From positions 416,001 to 480,000 of the forward strand of contig CAVPHD010000004.1 in assembly GCA_963704165.1 (NCBI GenBank): a stretch of DNA of 64,000 nt, read 5' to 3'. The stretch comes from an uncultured delta proteobacterium. GTDB lineage: Bacteria > Myxococcota_A > UBA9160 > SZUA-336. The notes under the pieces were generated by a model that worked only from the letters and a program-made list of their open reading frames with translations, searched no databases and was not told where the DNA came from. Shown here one piece after another: positions 9,888 through 19,178 of this stretch; position 1 is the first letter of the stretch; each line of letters opens with the position of its first letter. Both the position numbers and the translations under genes were made by a program.

Positions 9888-10301
9888 GAGGGCAACCTAG
9901 CCGCATCTCGCCGTGAGGCCAGACACGGCCGGGTGTCGATGCTCAGCATGGCCCGAAGATCGGCGGGCGGTGCTTCCACGATCGAGCGGGGATGGGGGAG
10001 ATGCCGACTTCTCTGCACGGCAGGCAGGCGTGTGAGCGCGCGCTACGGAGGTCGGACTGAACTAGACGGGTCTCCGAAGAAGTCGGGACGATTCACCCTA
10101 GGAGGATCGCTTCGACGCGCCAGGATGCGAGAATGGAATCGAGGAAGCGGGTCTCCGGGTCGTCGCGACGCGAACGCTATGGGGCCGCTTCGGCTCGTTC
10201 GTGGCGGACCGATACGCCCGGCGACGATCGCCGTCGGGCTCGACCTCGCCAGCCTGGCCTCGTGATCGGGAGCGCCGAGCATCTCGTCCATGAGCGGATG
10301 G

Positions 10302-10637
10302 CTAGCGGCCGCCGTGCTCGAGCCGCCGTGCCCAGCCCTCCGCCCAAGCGTGCAGTGGAGCCAGGCGCTCGATCAAGCTGCGGCCCCGTGTGGTGAGCGC
10401 GTAGCCGTCACCGTCGTGCTCGATGATGCCGGCTTCGCGCAACTCGGTGAGCCGCGTGTTGAGGACGCTCGGATTCGTCTGCGCCGCCTGCTGCAGCGCG
10501 CGGAACGTCAGCGATTCTGCGCGCAGCTCCCACAGCACCCGCAGCGCGCCGCGGCGGCCGAGCAGATCCAGCAGGGCCATGATCGGACGCCCGCGGGTCG
10601 AACCGCGCACCTTGCGGCCGGGACGGGGCGTGCTCAT
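10302..10637 (-). CDS. HxlR-family winged-helix transcriptional regulator
   Basis: LDLLGRRGALRVLWEL...F...VLNTRLTELREAGII...YALT..G. Confidence 0.9.
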   Translation of the reverse strand: MSTPRPGRKVRGSTRGRPIMALLDLLGRRGALRVLWELRAESLTFRALQQAAQTNPSVLNTRLTELREAGIIEHDGDGYALTTRGRSLIERLAPLHAWAEGWARRLEHGGR

Positions 10638-10690
10638 GCTACGAAATTCGTAGCAACATGGATCGTAGGCATGCTATGAATATCGTAGCA
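10637..10690. promoter_or_regulatory. Two 19-bp palindromic operators between the divergent HxlR and CMD genes
   Basis: TGCTACGAA-A-TTCGTAGCA (10637-10655, perfect) and TGCTATGAA-T-ATCGTAGCA (10672-10690, imperfect). Confidence 0.85.
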
Positions 10691-10710
10691 CTCTCCTATG
10701 GAGGTCCTCC

Positions 10711-11259
10711 ATGTCGATCCGCATCCACCCCGCCGAGCCGCCGTTCTCGCCCGAGGTCCAAACCGTATTCGACCGGCTGATGCCCGCCGGCACGCCGCCG
10801 CTCCTGCTCTTCACGACCCTGGCGCGCGACCCGCGTCTGTTCCAACGCTTCTCGGCCGGCGGACTGCTCGACCGCGGAAACCTGACGCTACGCCACCGTG
10901 AGCTGGTGATCGACCGCGTCACCGCTAGCTGCGGCTCGGAGTACGAGTGGGGCGTCCACGTCACGTTCTTCGGCCCGCGCGTGTCGTTGACCGGGCAAGA
11001 AACCAGGTCCCTCGTGCACGGCGGGCCCGACGACGCGTGCTGGAGCGAGCCCGAGCGCGCGCTGCTCCGACTCTGCGACAGCTTGCACGAGCGCTGCGAC
11101 GTCTCCGACGCGCTCTGGAGCGAGCTGCGCGGTCATTTCTCAGAGGGCGCAGTGCTCGAGTTGCTGATGCTGGCGGGCTTCTACCGAATGGTGGCCTACC
11201 TCACCAACGGTCTGCGCCTACCGCTCGAGCCTTACGCTGCGCGCTTCCCGACGGGGTGA
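10711..11259 (+). CDS. Carboxymuconolactone decarboxylase/AhpD-family protein
   Basis: RELVIDRVTASCGSEYEWGVH...GFYRMV; GGAGG RBS. Confidence 0.88.
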   Translation: MSIRIHPAEPPFSPEVQTVFDRLMPAGTPPLLLFTTLARDPRLFQRFSAGGLLDRGNLTLRHRELVIDRVTASCGSEYEWGVHVTFFGPRVSLTGQETRSLVHGGPDDACWSEPERALLRLCDSLHERCDVSDALWSELRGHFSEGAVLELLMLAGFYRMVAYLTNGLRLPLEPYAARFPTG

Positions 11260-11404
11260 GCTTCGATCGGCGCTCCGCAACGATGCCGGAGGCCGTTTCA
11301 GTCGAACCCAGCGACGTGTCCGGTCTCGGTCGGGCTTCGCGCGCGGGTTGTCTCACTCGCGACGCGTTGCTGCTGGCGAACGAGACACGCCCGCGCATTC
11401 CCAG

Positions 11405-11477
11405 AGCCGACGGCCGGACTCGAACCGGCGACCTGCTGATTACGAATCAGCTGCTCTACCAACTGAGCTACGTCGGC
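11405..11477 (-). tRNA. tRNA-Thr(CGT), CCA not encoded
   Basis: GCCGACG/CGTCGGC acceptor stem, anticodon arm GCTGA-TTCGTAA-TCAGC, GGTTCGAGTCC T-arm. Confidence 0.97.
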
Positions 11478-11562
11478 GTGGCGGTAGGGTTAGCGGAGGG
11501 GCAGGGGCCGGACAACAGAGCGCGACCCCGTAGGGTGGCCGCTCCGCGCGCGTCCTCGCGCG

Positions 11563-12495
11563 TCAATAAGACACGAAGCGGATCGGCGCCCAGGCGGACA
11601 GGCGCAGGGTTCGGGCGGGCGGGTAGAGGTCGGCGTCCATGCTCCACGGTTCGGGAACGGACAGGCGGATCTCGACCGAGCGGGCGGGGTGGTGGCGCAG
11701 GCACGAGGCCGGGCCGTGGAAGCCGAGCCGCAGGGCGGGAAGCTCGAGGCTCAGCCGCGCCGCGCTCGCGGAGCTGTACAGGAAGTGGAAGCGCTCGGGG
11801 TCGGTGCCGGCGGTCAGGAAGGGGCGGAAGCCCAGGCCGACGTCGCGCACGCTCGAGGCGCCGGCGACGGTGTAGGCACGCGCGCAGGTCGGCTCGCCGT
11901 CCACGGTGATCTCGATCTCGCGCCTCGCGAAGAGGTCGCGGGCCAGGCGCGTGCCGAGCAGCCCCGACGTCGCGATCCGGCCGACCAGGCTCGCGGTCGC
12001 GACCACGCCGAGCTCGTCGCCCTGGTAGTACTGCTCGAGGAACCGCGCGGCGACGCCGTTCGCGAAGATCAGGCCGGCGCGCGTGGGGCCGACGTCGGGC
12101 TCGACGCGGATCAGCGGGCGGACGGAATCGAGGCGGGGCTCTTCGTCGTCGAGGATGCGGCGGACGGTCTGCTCGGCGCTGGCGTGGGCGTCGAGCGAGT
12201 GGGCGATCGTGTTGATCGTGCCGCCGGCGACGAGCGAGATGCGCGGCAGCGGGCTCCCGCCGAACGCGGCGACCAGCGGCGTCAGCGTGCCGCCGACCGT
12301 GCCGTCGCCGCCGACCAGCACCAGGTGTTCGACGCCGATCGCGCGCAGCCGCGCGAGCGCGACGTCGAGCTCGGCCGGGTCGCGCGTGAAGTGCACGAAC
12401 TCGGCGGGCAGCAGACGGCGCAGCCGCTCGCCGAGCCGACCGTCGCGACCGGCGCGCCGAGCGCGCGCGTTGACGAGTATGCCCGGAGGCTTCAA
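11563..12495 (-). CDS. Diacylglycerol/lipid kinase family protein
   Basis: VGGDGT and GGTIN motifs. Confidence 0.85.
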   Translation of the reverse strand: MKPPGILVNARARRAGRDGRLGERLRRLLPAEFVHFTRDPAELDVALARLRAIGVEHLVLVGGDGTVGGTLTPLVAAFGGSPLPRISLVAGGTINTIAHSLDAHASAEQTVRRILDDEEPRLDSVRPLIRVEPDVGPTRAGLIFANGVAARFLEQYYQGDELGVVATASLVGRIATSGLLGTRLARDLFARREIEITVDGEPTCARAYTVAGASSVRDVGLGFRPFLTAGTDPERFHFLYSSASAARLSLELPALRLGFHGPASCLRHHPARSVEIRLSVPEPWSMDADLYPPARTLRLSAWAPIRFVSY

Positions 12496-12578
12496 CGCTC
12501 TCTCCCACCCACGCGCGGGAAACTAGCGGGGCCGGCCGAGGCGCGCCGCGCCGGACCAGACTCGCTAGACTGCGCCCC

Positions 12579-13499
12579 ATGTCGCTCGCCGAACGCGTGA
12601 TCTGGCGCAACGGGAAGCTCGTGCCCTGGGCCGACGTCACGGTCCACGTGCTCTCGCAGTCGATCCAGCGCGGAACGCTCGTCTTCGACGTGATGCCCGT
12701 CTACTGGCTCGCGCGCGGGCCGGCGATCCTGGGGCTGGACGAGCACGTCCTGCGCTTCGAGCAGTCGGCCGAGCTCTCGGGCATGACGCTCCCGGCATCC
12801 AACGGGGAGCTTCGCGCGGGCATCGCCGAGGCGGTGCGCGCGAATCCCGGCGCCGAGGTCGTGAAGATCTCGGCCTACTACCCCGGCGCGTCGCTCGACG
12901 TGCTGCCGGTCGATCCGAAGGCCGAAGTCGCGATCGCGGCGTTCGCGATCGCCGATCTCTCGAAGGCCGGCCGCGCGTCCGCGTCCGGACCCGCGCGGCT
13001 TCAGGTCTCCGAGTCGCGGAAGATGCCGGCGTCGGTGCTCTCGCCGCAGATCAAGATCGCGGCGGCCTACACGCACGCGGCGTTCGCCAAGGCGCGCGCG
13101 AAGGCCGCGGGCTTTCACGACGTGATCTTCCTCGACGAGCACGACCAGCTGACCGAGTCGTCGACGCAGAGCTTCTTCCTGGTCTGCGACGGCTCGATTC
13201 GCAGCGCGCCGCTCGACGCGGTGCTCGCGGGCGTGACGCGGCGGCTCGCGGTCGAGCTCGCCCGCGACGAGGGCATCCCCGTGAAAGAGGAGCCGATGCC
13301 GCGGTCGCTGCTCGCGCGCGCGCAAGAGGCGTTCCTGACCGGCACGACCTCGAACGTGTGGCCGGTCTCGCGCGTCGACGCGCTCGAGCTGCCGACGCCG
13401 ATTCCCGGCCCGATCACCGCGCGGCTCGTCGCGCGCTTCGCGAAGCTCGTGGCCGACGAGGACCGGGTCTTCTCTTCGCGCTGGCTGCAGGCCGTCTAG
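12579..13499 (+). CDS. Class IV aminotransferase (IlvE-like)
   Basis: IWRNGKLVPW, IKIAAAY (PLP lysine), LAGVTR, EAFLTGT. Confidence 0.85.
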   Translation: MSLAERVIWRNGKLVPWADVTVHVLSQSIQRGTLVFDVMPVYWLARGPAILGLDEHVLRFEQSAELSGMTLPASNGELRAGIAEAVRANPGAEVVKISAYYPGASLDVLPVDPKAEVAIAAFAIADLSKAGRASASGPARLQVSESRKMPASVLSPQIKIAAAYTHAAFAKARAKAAGFHDVIFLDEHDQLTESSTQSFFLVCDGSIRSAPLDAVLAGVTRRLAVELARDEGIPVKEEPMPRSLLARAQEAFLTGTTSNVWPVSRVDALELPTPIPGPITARLVARFAKLVADEDRVFSSRWLQAV

Positions 13500-13500
13500 C

Positions 13501-14514
13501 GTGCCGGCCGCGGAGCAGGGCGAGCGCAAGCGCGTGACCGGTGCGCGCGTGCTCTCGGGCATCCAGCCCAGTGGTGTGCAGCACCTGGGCAACTACTTCG
13601 GCGCGCTGCGGCAGTTCATCGCGCTCCAGGACGGCAACCGCGCCTCGTACTTCATGGCGGACCTGCACTCGCTGACGAGCATCCGCGACGCCAAGGAGCG
13701 GCGCGCGCTGACGCGCGGCGTGGCGCTGGACTTCCTGGCGCTCGGCGTCGACCCGACGCGCTCGATCCTGTACCGGCAGAGCGACCTGCCCGAAGTGACC
13801 GAGCTCGCCTGGATCCTGACGACGGTGACTCCGATGGGGCTGCTGCAACGCTGTGTCTCGTACAAGGACAAGCTCGAAGCGGGGCACGCACCCGACCACG
13901 GGCTCTTCGCGTACCCGGTGCTGCAGGCCGCCGACATCCTGATCTGGCGCGCCGACCTGGTTCCCGTCGGTCAGGACCAGAAGCAACACCTGGAAGTGAC
14001 ACGCGACATCGCGACGAAGTTCAACCTGACCTATCGCGCGGTCTTCACGCTCCCCGAGCCGTACATCCTCGAGGACGTCGCGGTCGTGCCGGGCAGCGAC
14101 GGCCGCAAGATGAGCAAGAGCTACGGCAACACGATCGAGATGTTCGCGCCCGAGAAGGCGCTGCGAAAACAGGTGATGGGGATCGTCACCGACTCGAAGG
14201 GCGTGGACGAGCCCAAGGACCCGGACACGTCGACGATCTTCGCGCTCTACTCACTGCTTGCGAACGCCGAGGAGCGCGCGGCGCTGGCGCAGGCGTTCCG
14301 TAGCGGGGGCACCGGCTACGGCGACGCGAAGAAGGCGCTCTACGAGAAGATCCTCTCGTACTTCGAGGCGGCGCGAGAGCGACGGCGCGCGCTCGAAGCG
14401 GATGCCGACACCGTCGAAGACGTGCTTCGCGACGGCGCCGCGCGCGCGCGCGCGGCGGTCGCGGAGCTGATGCACGACGTGCGCGAGGCGGCCGGAGTCG
14501 GCCGGCCCGCGTGA
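13501..14514 (+). CDS. trpS: Tryptophan--tRNA ligase (start could be GTG 13534)
   Basis: SGIQPSG, HLGN, YPVLQAADIL, VPVGQDQKQHLE, KMSKS. Confidence 0.97.
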   Translation: MPAAEQGERKRVTGARVLSGIQPSGVQHLGNYFGALRQFIALQDGNRASYFMADLHSLTSIRDAKERRALTRGVALDFLALGVDPTRSILYRQSDLPEVTELAWILTTVTPMGLLQRCVSYKDKLEAGHAPDHGLFAYPVLQAADILIWRADLVPVGQDQKQHLEVTRDIATKFNLTYRAVFTLPEPYILEDVAVVPGSDGRKMSKSYGNTIEMFAPEKALRKQVMGIVTDSKGVDEPKDPDTSTIFALYSLLANAEERAALAQAFRSGGTGYGDAKKALYEKILSYFEAARERRRALEADADTVEDVLRDGAARARAAVAELMHDVREAAGVGRPA

Positions 14515-14534
14515 GTCCGGCCGGCGCTCGGGCC

Positions 14535-15128
14535 TTAGAGGTCCATCGGGTCGATCGACGGCCCGGTGTCCTCGCTCGCCGTCGGGATCGGCGTCTTCGG
14601 CCTCGGCCGCTCGGGCGGAGCCACCTGCGCGGGCGGCATGAGCGCGCGCGGATCGTAGTAGTAGCGCTCGCGGCAGATCTTCTCGCCGCGAAGCTCGTGC
14701 ACCGCGACCTCGGTGAGCTTCAGCTGGCGGCCGTCCTTCATCACCAGATCCGCCTCCCACTCGATGCAGATCGCGTTCTTCCCGGCGAAGACGTGTCGCG
14801 CGGTCCACTCCGAGCTGCGCAGACCCGCGAGCCAGCCGGCCAGCTTCGAACGCAGCGCCTGCAATCCCGTGATGGTTCCGCCCGCGGGCTCCACCGACAC
14901 GGCGTCCTCGGTGTAGAACTTCCCGAGATCGAGGTTCAGCTCGTCGTCCATCGCGGCGACGATCCGGTTCGCGACGTCCTCGGAGGGCGAGGGCCGCCGC
15001 GGAGCCGCCCTGGCGGCCACCTTCTTCTTCGCGGCGGGCGCCGGTTTCTTCATCGGCTTTCGCGAAGTCGTCTTCGCGGGAGCCTTCTTTCCGGGCTTCT
15101 TCGCGGTCGTCTTCTTCTTCGCACCCAT
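14535..15128 (-). CDS. SnoaL/NTF2-like protein with Lys/Ala/Pro-rich N-terminal extension
   Basis: ATG 15128 with upstream GGAGAGG; FYTEDAVSVEP...GEKICRERYYYD. Confidence 0.8.
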   Translation of the reverse strand: MGAKKKTTAKKPGKKAPAKTTSRKPMKKPAPAAKKKVAARAAPRRPSPSEDVANRIVAAMDDELNLDLGKFYTEDAVSVEPAGGTITGLQALRSKLAGWLAGLRSSEWTARHVFAGKNAICIEWEADLVMKDGRQLKLTEVAVHELRGEKICRERYYYDPRALMPPAQVAPPERPRPKTPIPTASEDTGPSIDPMDL

Positions 15129-15221
15129 CGCTGGCCTCTCCTCCCCACGTGACGGTGACGCGATTCTAGCAGTGCGTTCGGGCCTTCCCAGAGGTTTTCT
15201 TCCGGTAGACTGCCGGGGACG

Positions 15222-15881
15222 ATGAGCAAGTACACACCGATCGACGACGCCCTGCACGCCTACGTACTGGAGCACCGCACGCCCGACGACCCGCTGCTCC
15301 GGGAGCTGCAGGAGGAGACGCAGCGGTTGATGGGTCCACGCAGCGTCATGCAGATCGCCGCCGACGAGGGAACGCTTCTCGGCCTGCTCGTCGCGGCGAT
15401 CGGCGCGCGCCGGGTGGTCGAGGTCGGCACCTTCACGGGCTACTCCGCACTGTGCATGGCCCGTGCGCTCCCGCCCGGCGGGAAGCTCCTGGCCTGCGAC
15501 GTGTCCGAGGAATACACCGCGGTGGCTCGGCGGTTCTGGGAGAAGGCCGGCATCGCGGACCGGATCGATCTCGCGCTCGGACCCGCGGACGCGACGCTCC
15601 GCGCGCTGCCCGACGAGATCCAGTTCGACTTCGGCTTCATCGACGCGGACAAGGCGAACTACCACACGTACTACGAAGAGATCCTGCGGCGCCTTCGCCC
15701 GGGTGGGCTGATCGCGATCGACAACGTGCTCTGGAACGGGCAGGTCCTGCGCGAGGCGGACCAGAGCGCCGACACGGTCGCGATCCGCGCGATCAACGAC
15801 CACGTCGCGGCCGACCGGCGCGTTCAAGCGGTGATGATCGGCGTCGCCGACGGGGTCACGCTCGCGCGCAAGCTCGGCTAG
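15222..15881 (+). CDS. O-methyltransferase (caffeoyl-CoA OMT family)
   Basis: EVGTFTGYS, FIDADK, DNVLWNG. Confidence 0.93.
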   Translation: MSKYTPIDDALHAYVLEHRTPDDPLLRELQEETQRLMGPRSVMQIAADEGTLLGLLVAAIGARRVVEVGTFTGYSALCMARALPPGGKLLACDVSEEYTAVARRFWEKAGIADRIDLALGPADATLRALPDEIQFDFGFIDADKANYHTYYEEILRRLRPGGLIAIDNVLWNGQVLREADQSADTVAIRAINDHVAADRRVQAVMIGVADGVTLARKLG

Positions 15882-15887
15882 CGGCCG

Positions 15888-16721
15888 ATGGACGCGCGAC
15901 TCCCGCTCGCGGTGATCGGTGCGGGCTGGGCCGGTCAGGCGCGGGTGCGCGCGCTCGCCGAGAGCCCGACCGCGCGGCTCGCGGGTCTGGTCACGCGCCG
16001 CGAAGCGGGGGAGCTCTCGTTCGCGGACGTGCTCGCGGACGCGACCGTCGCCGGGGTGATCCTGTGCACGCCGAATCTCCTGCACGCCGGGCAGGCGCGC
16101 GAAGCGCTCGAAGCCGGCAAGCACGTGCTGGTCGAGTTCCCGCTCGCGCCCGGACCCGAGTCGGGTCGCGCACTCTTCGCGGACGCGCACGCGCGGCGTC
16201 GGGTTCTGCACGAGGAGCACATCGAGCTGCTCTCGCCCGCGCAGTCCTGGCTGCGCGAGCGCGCCGCCGCGGTCGGCCGGCCGCGCAGCGGCAGCGTCCA
16301 CTTCACGGGCAACCTCACGGGCTGGCTCGCCGATCCGAAGCTCTCCGGGAGCTCGGCGCTCTGCGCGCTCTCGCGGCTGCATCGGCTGGTCGACCTGTTC
16401 GGCGCGGCGGAGGTGCGCGGGGCGACGCTCGAACGCGGAACGGGCTATCGGCTCGGGGTCGAGCTCGGCTTCGAGGCCGGCGGCCGCGCGGATCTGGTCG
16501 AGGAGCGCGCGCCGGGTCTGAAACGCGGCACGCGCTGGAGCGTGGAGTGCGAGAACGGATCGATCGGCGATCCGCCGGAGCAACGCCCCCGCGGCTTGTT
16601 CGCGCGCGATCTCGAGTGCTTCGTCGCGCGCGTCACCGAGGGCGCGGAGTCGTACGTGAGCGAGGCCCGTTGCCTGCACGTGCTCTCGCTCGTCGAGGCG
16701 ATCGAACGGCGCCTCTGTTAG
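15888..16721 (+). CDS. Gfo/Idh/MocA oxidoreductase, biliverdin reductase A-like
   Basis: GAGWAG, GKHVLVEFP, HEEHIELL, SRLHRLVDLFG, EERAPGLKR. Confidence 0.8.
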   Translation: MDARLPLAVIGAGWAGQARVRALAESPTARLAGLVTRREAGELSFADVLADATVAGVILCTPNLLHAGQAREALEAGKHVLVEFPLAPGPESGRALFADAHARRRVLHEEHIELLSPAQSWLRERAAAVGRPRSGSVHFTGNLTGWLADPKLSGSSALCALSRLHRLVDLFGAAEVRGATLERGTGYRLGVELGFEAGGRADLVEERAPGLKRGTRWSVECENGSIGDPPEQRPRGLFARDLECFVARVTEGAESYVSEARCLHVLSLVEAIERRLC

Positions 16722-16731
16722 GCTACGCGCC

Positions 16732-17725
16732 GTGAGAGCTTCCGCGTTCGGCACAGCACTCGCGCTCGCGCTGCTTCGCGCTCGTGCCGGGCTGCAACGA
16801 CTCGGGCTCTCCGACGGGCGCCGCGGGATTTCGCGTCGCGCTCCTGACTCCCGGCTCGATTCGCGACGGTGGCTGGAACCAGAGCGCGTACGAGGGGCTC
16901 GAGCGGATCCGTGACGAGCTCGGCGCCGAGATCGCGCACCAGGAGGCGAAGACCCCGCAGGACTTCGAGTCCGGCTTCCGCGATTTCGCCGCGCGCGGGT
17001 TCAGCCTGGTCTTCGGTCACGGCTTCGAGTTCCAGGACGCCGCTTCGCGGGTCTCGAAGGAGTACCCGAACACGATCTTCGTCACGACGAGCGGCTCGAC
17101 GATCCGCTCGAACGTCGCGCCGATCGTCTTCGAGCTCGAAGAGGCGACCTACCTGCTCGGCTTCCTCGGCGCGCGCATGTCGGTGCGCTCCAAGGTGGGC
17201 GCGATCGGGGGCGTGAAGATTCCGTCGGTCGAGAGCACGTTCACCGCGTATCAGGCCGGCGCGATCCGCGCGCGCGGACACGCGGAGACGACGGTCTCGT
17301 ACATCGGCAGCTGGACCGACGTCTCGGCCGCGCGCGAGGCGACGCTCGCGCAGATCGCGGGCGGCGTCGACGTCGTGATCCACAACGCGAACGAAGCCGC
17401 GGCGGGGTTCTTCCAGGCCGTCACCGAGAGCCCGGGCGTGTGGGCGTTCGGCACGAACAAGAACCAGAACGACCGCGCGCCCGAACGCGTGCTCGCCTCG
17501 GCGACGCTCGACGTCCCGCGCGCGCTGGTTCTGGTCGCGCAGGAAGTGAAGTCCGGTTCGTTCAACGCGCGCGCGATGCGCTTCGGTCTGCGCAGCGGGG
17601 TCGTGAAGATCGAGTGGAACGAGGCCCTGCGCGAGAAGATCCCGGCGGAGCTGCGGCAGGAAGTCGAGAAGCTACAGGCCGATGTCGTCTCGGGATCGAT
17701 CTCCGTGCCGCGCGGGAGCTTCTGA
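16732..17725 (+). CDS. BMP-family ABC substrate-binding lipoprotein (+1 frameshift near 16775)
   Basis: Signal peptide from GTG 16732 lies in one frame; lipobox VPG-C and DGGWNQSAYEG, FGHGFEF lie in the next frame. Confidence 0.85.
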
Positions 17726-17729
17726 GCGC

Positions 17730-19178
17730 TTGCCGCGCGTCGCGCTGCGCGACATTCGCAAGCGCTTCGGCGCCACCGAGGCGCTGCGCGGCGCGAGCCT
17801 CGCGCTCGAGCCCGGCTCCGTCCACGCGCTGCTCGGCGAGAACGGCGCGGGCAAGACCACGCTCGTTCGCACGCTGTACGGAAGTGTTCGTCCCGACTCG
17901 GGCGTGATCGAGATCGACGGGCGTGCGGTCGAGATCGAGAGCCCGCGCGCGGCGCTCGCGCTCGGCATCGGCCTCGTGCACCAGCACTTCATGCTCGTGC
18001 CCGCGCTCTCGGTCGCCGAGAACCTTCTGCTCGGCGAGCCGGGTTCGATCTGGCTGCCGCGCGCGAAGCGCAACGCCGAGGCCGCCGCGCTGCTCGAGCG
18101 CTTCGGCCTCGCGCTCGACCCCGAGGCCCGGACCGAGACGCTCGCGGTCGCGCAGATGCAGCGTCTCGAAATCGCACGGGCGCTCGCGCGCGGCGCGAAC
18201 GTTCTCGTTCTCGACGAGCCCACCGCCGTGCTCGCGCCGTCCGAGGTCGACGAGCTTCTCGCGCTTCTCGCCCGCCTTCGCGACCAGGGCAAGAGCATCG
18301 TCCTGATCTCGCACAAGCTCGAGGAGATCACGGCGGTCTGCGACCGGGTGACGGTGCTGCGCGCGGGGGAGACGGTTTCGAGCCAGCCGCTCGCGGGGCT
18401 CGACGCGAGCGAGCTCGGCCGCTTGATGGTCGGCGACGCGCCGCCGCCTCCGGGACGTCCACCGGAAACCGAGCCGGGTCCGCTCGCGCTGTCGCTCTCC
18501 GGTGTACGTGTACCCGGGCTCGCCGGGATCGATCTCGAGCTGCGCGCGGGTGAGCTCGTCGCGCTCGCCGGAATCGACGGCAACGGCCAGGGTCCGCTCG
18601 AGGAGCTGTTCGCGGGCGTGCGCGCGCTCGATGCGGGCACGCTTCGCGTCCTGCGCCCGCCGCTCGCTCTGCTCTCCGGCGATCGCCAGCGCACGGGGCT
18701 CGTGCTCGACCTCTCCGTGGCGGAGAACCTGGTGCTGCCCGAGGCCGCACGCGGTGGTGACACGCAGGTGTTTCGGGCGGGGATCGCGCGCCCGTCCGAG
18801 CTGCGCTTCGAGACGCGCGCGGCGATCGAGCGCTTCGGGATCCGGGCCGGACCCGACGATCCCGCGCGCTCTCTCTCGGGTGGCAACCAGCAGAAGCTCT
18901 GCGTGGCGCGCGCCCTGCGCGCGCGTCCGGGGGTGCTCGTGGCGGTGAACCCGACGCGCGGGCTCGATCTCGAAGCGACGGCCGCGGTGCGCGAAGAGCT
19001 TCGCCGCGAGGTGCGCGAAGGCACGGCCGTGCTGCTGATCTCGACCGAGCTCGACGAGGTTCTCGAGCTCGGCCAGCGGATCGCGGTTCTGTTTCGCGGC
19101 CGGCTCCTGCCCGTTGCATCCGATGCGCGAACTCGGGTGGCGATCGGCCGGCTGATGCTCGGTGAGGCCGCGACGTGA
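17730..19178 (+). CDS. ABC transporter ATP-binding protein (sugar/nucleoside type, two ABC domains)
   Basis: GENGAGKTT, LDEPT, LSGGNQQK; probable TTG start at 17730. Confidence 0.92.
   Translation: MPRVALRDIRKRFGATEALRGASLALEPGSVHALLGENGAGKTTLVRTLYGSVRPDSGVIEIDGRAVEIESPRAALALGIGLVHQHFMLVPALSVAENLLLGEPGSIWLPRAKRNAEAAALLERFGLALDPEARTETLAVAQMQRLEIARALARGANVLVLDEPTAVLAPSEVDELLALLARLRDQGKSIVLISHKLEEITAVCDRVTVLRAGETVSSQPLAGLDASELGRLMVGDAPPPPGRPPETEPGPLALSLSGVRVPGLAGIDLELRAGELVALAGIDGNGQGPLEELFAGVRALDAGTLRVLRPPLALLSGDRQRTGLVLDLSVAENLVLPEAARGGDTQVFRAGIARPSELRFETRAAIERFGIRAGPDDPARSLSGGNQQKLCVARALRARPGVLVAVNPTRGLDLEATAAVREELRREVREGTAVLLISTELDEVLELGQRIAVLFRGRLLPVASDARTRVAIGRLMLGEAAT

Noticed and set aside
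10180..10265. Possible degenerate PEP-CTERM tail (RPATIAVGLDLASLAS)
   Set aside because: No PEP motif, no basic tail and no supported upstream CDS.
14535..16754. 739-aa minus-strand ORF as a single gene
   Set aside because: Only the last 197 codons (from ATG 15128) look coding; the rest is antisense to the O-methyltransferase and reductase genes.
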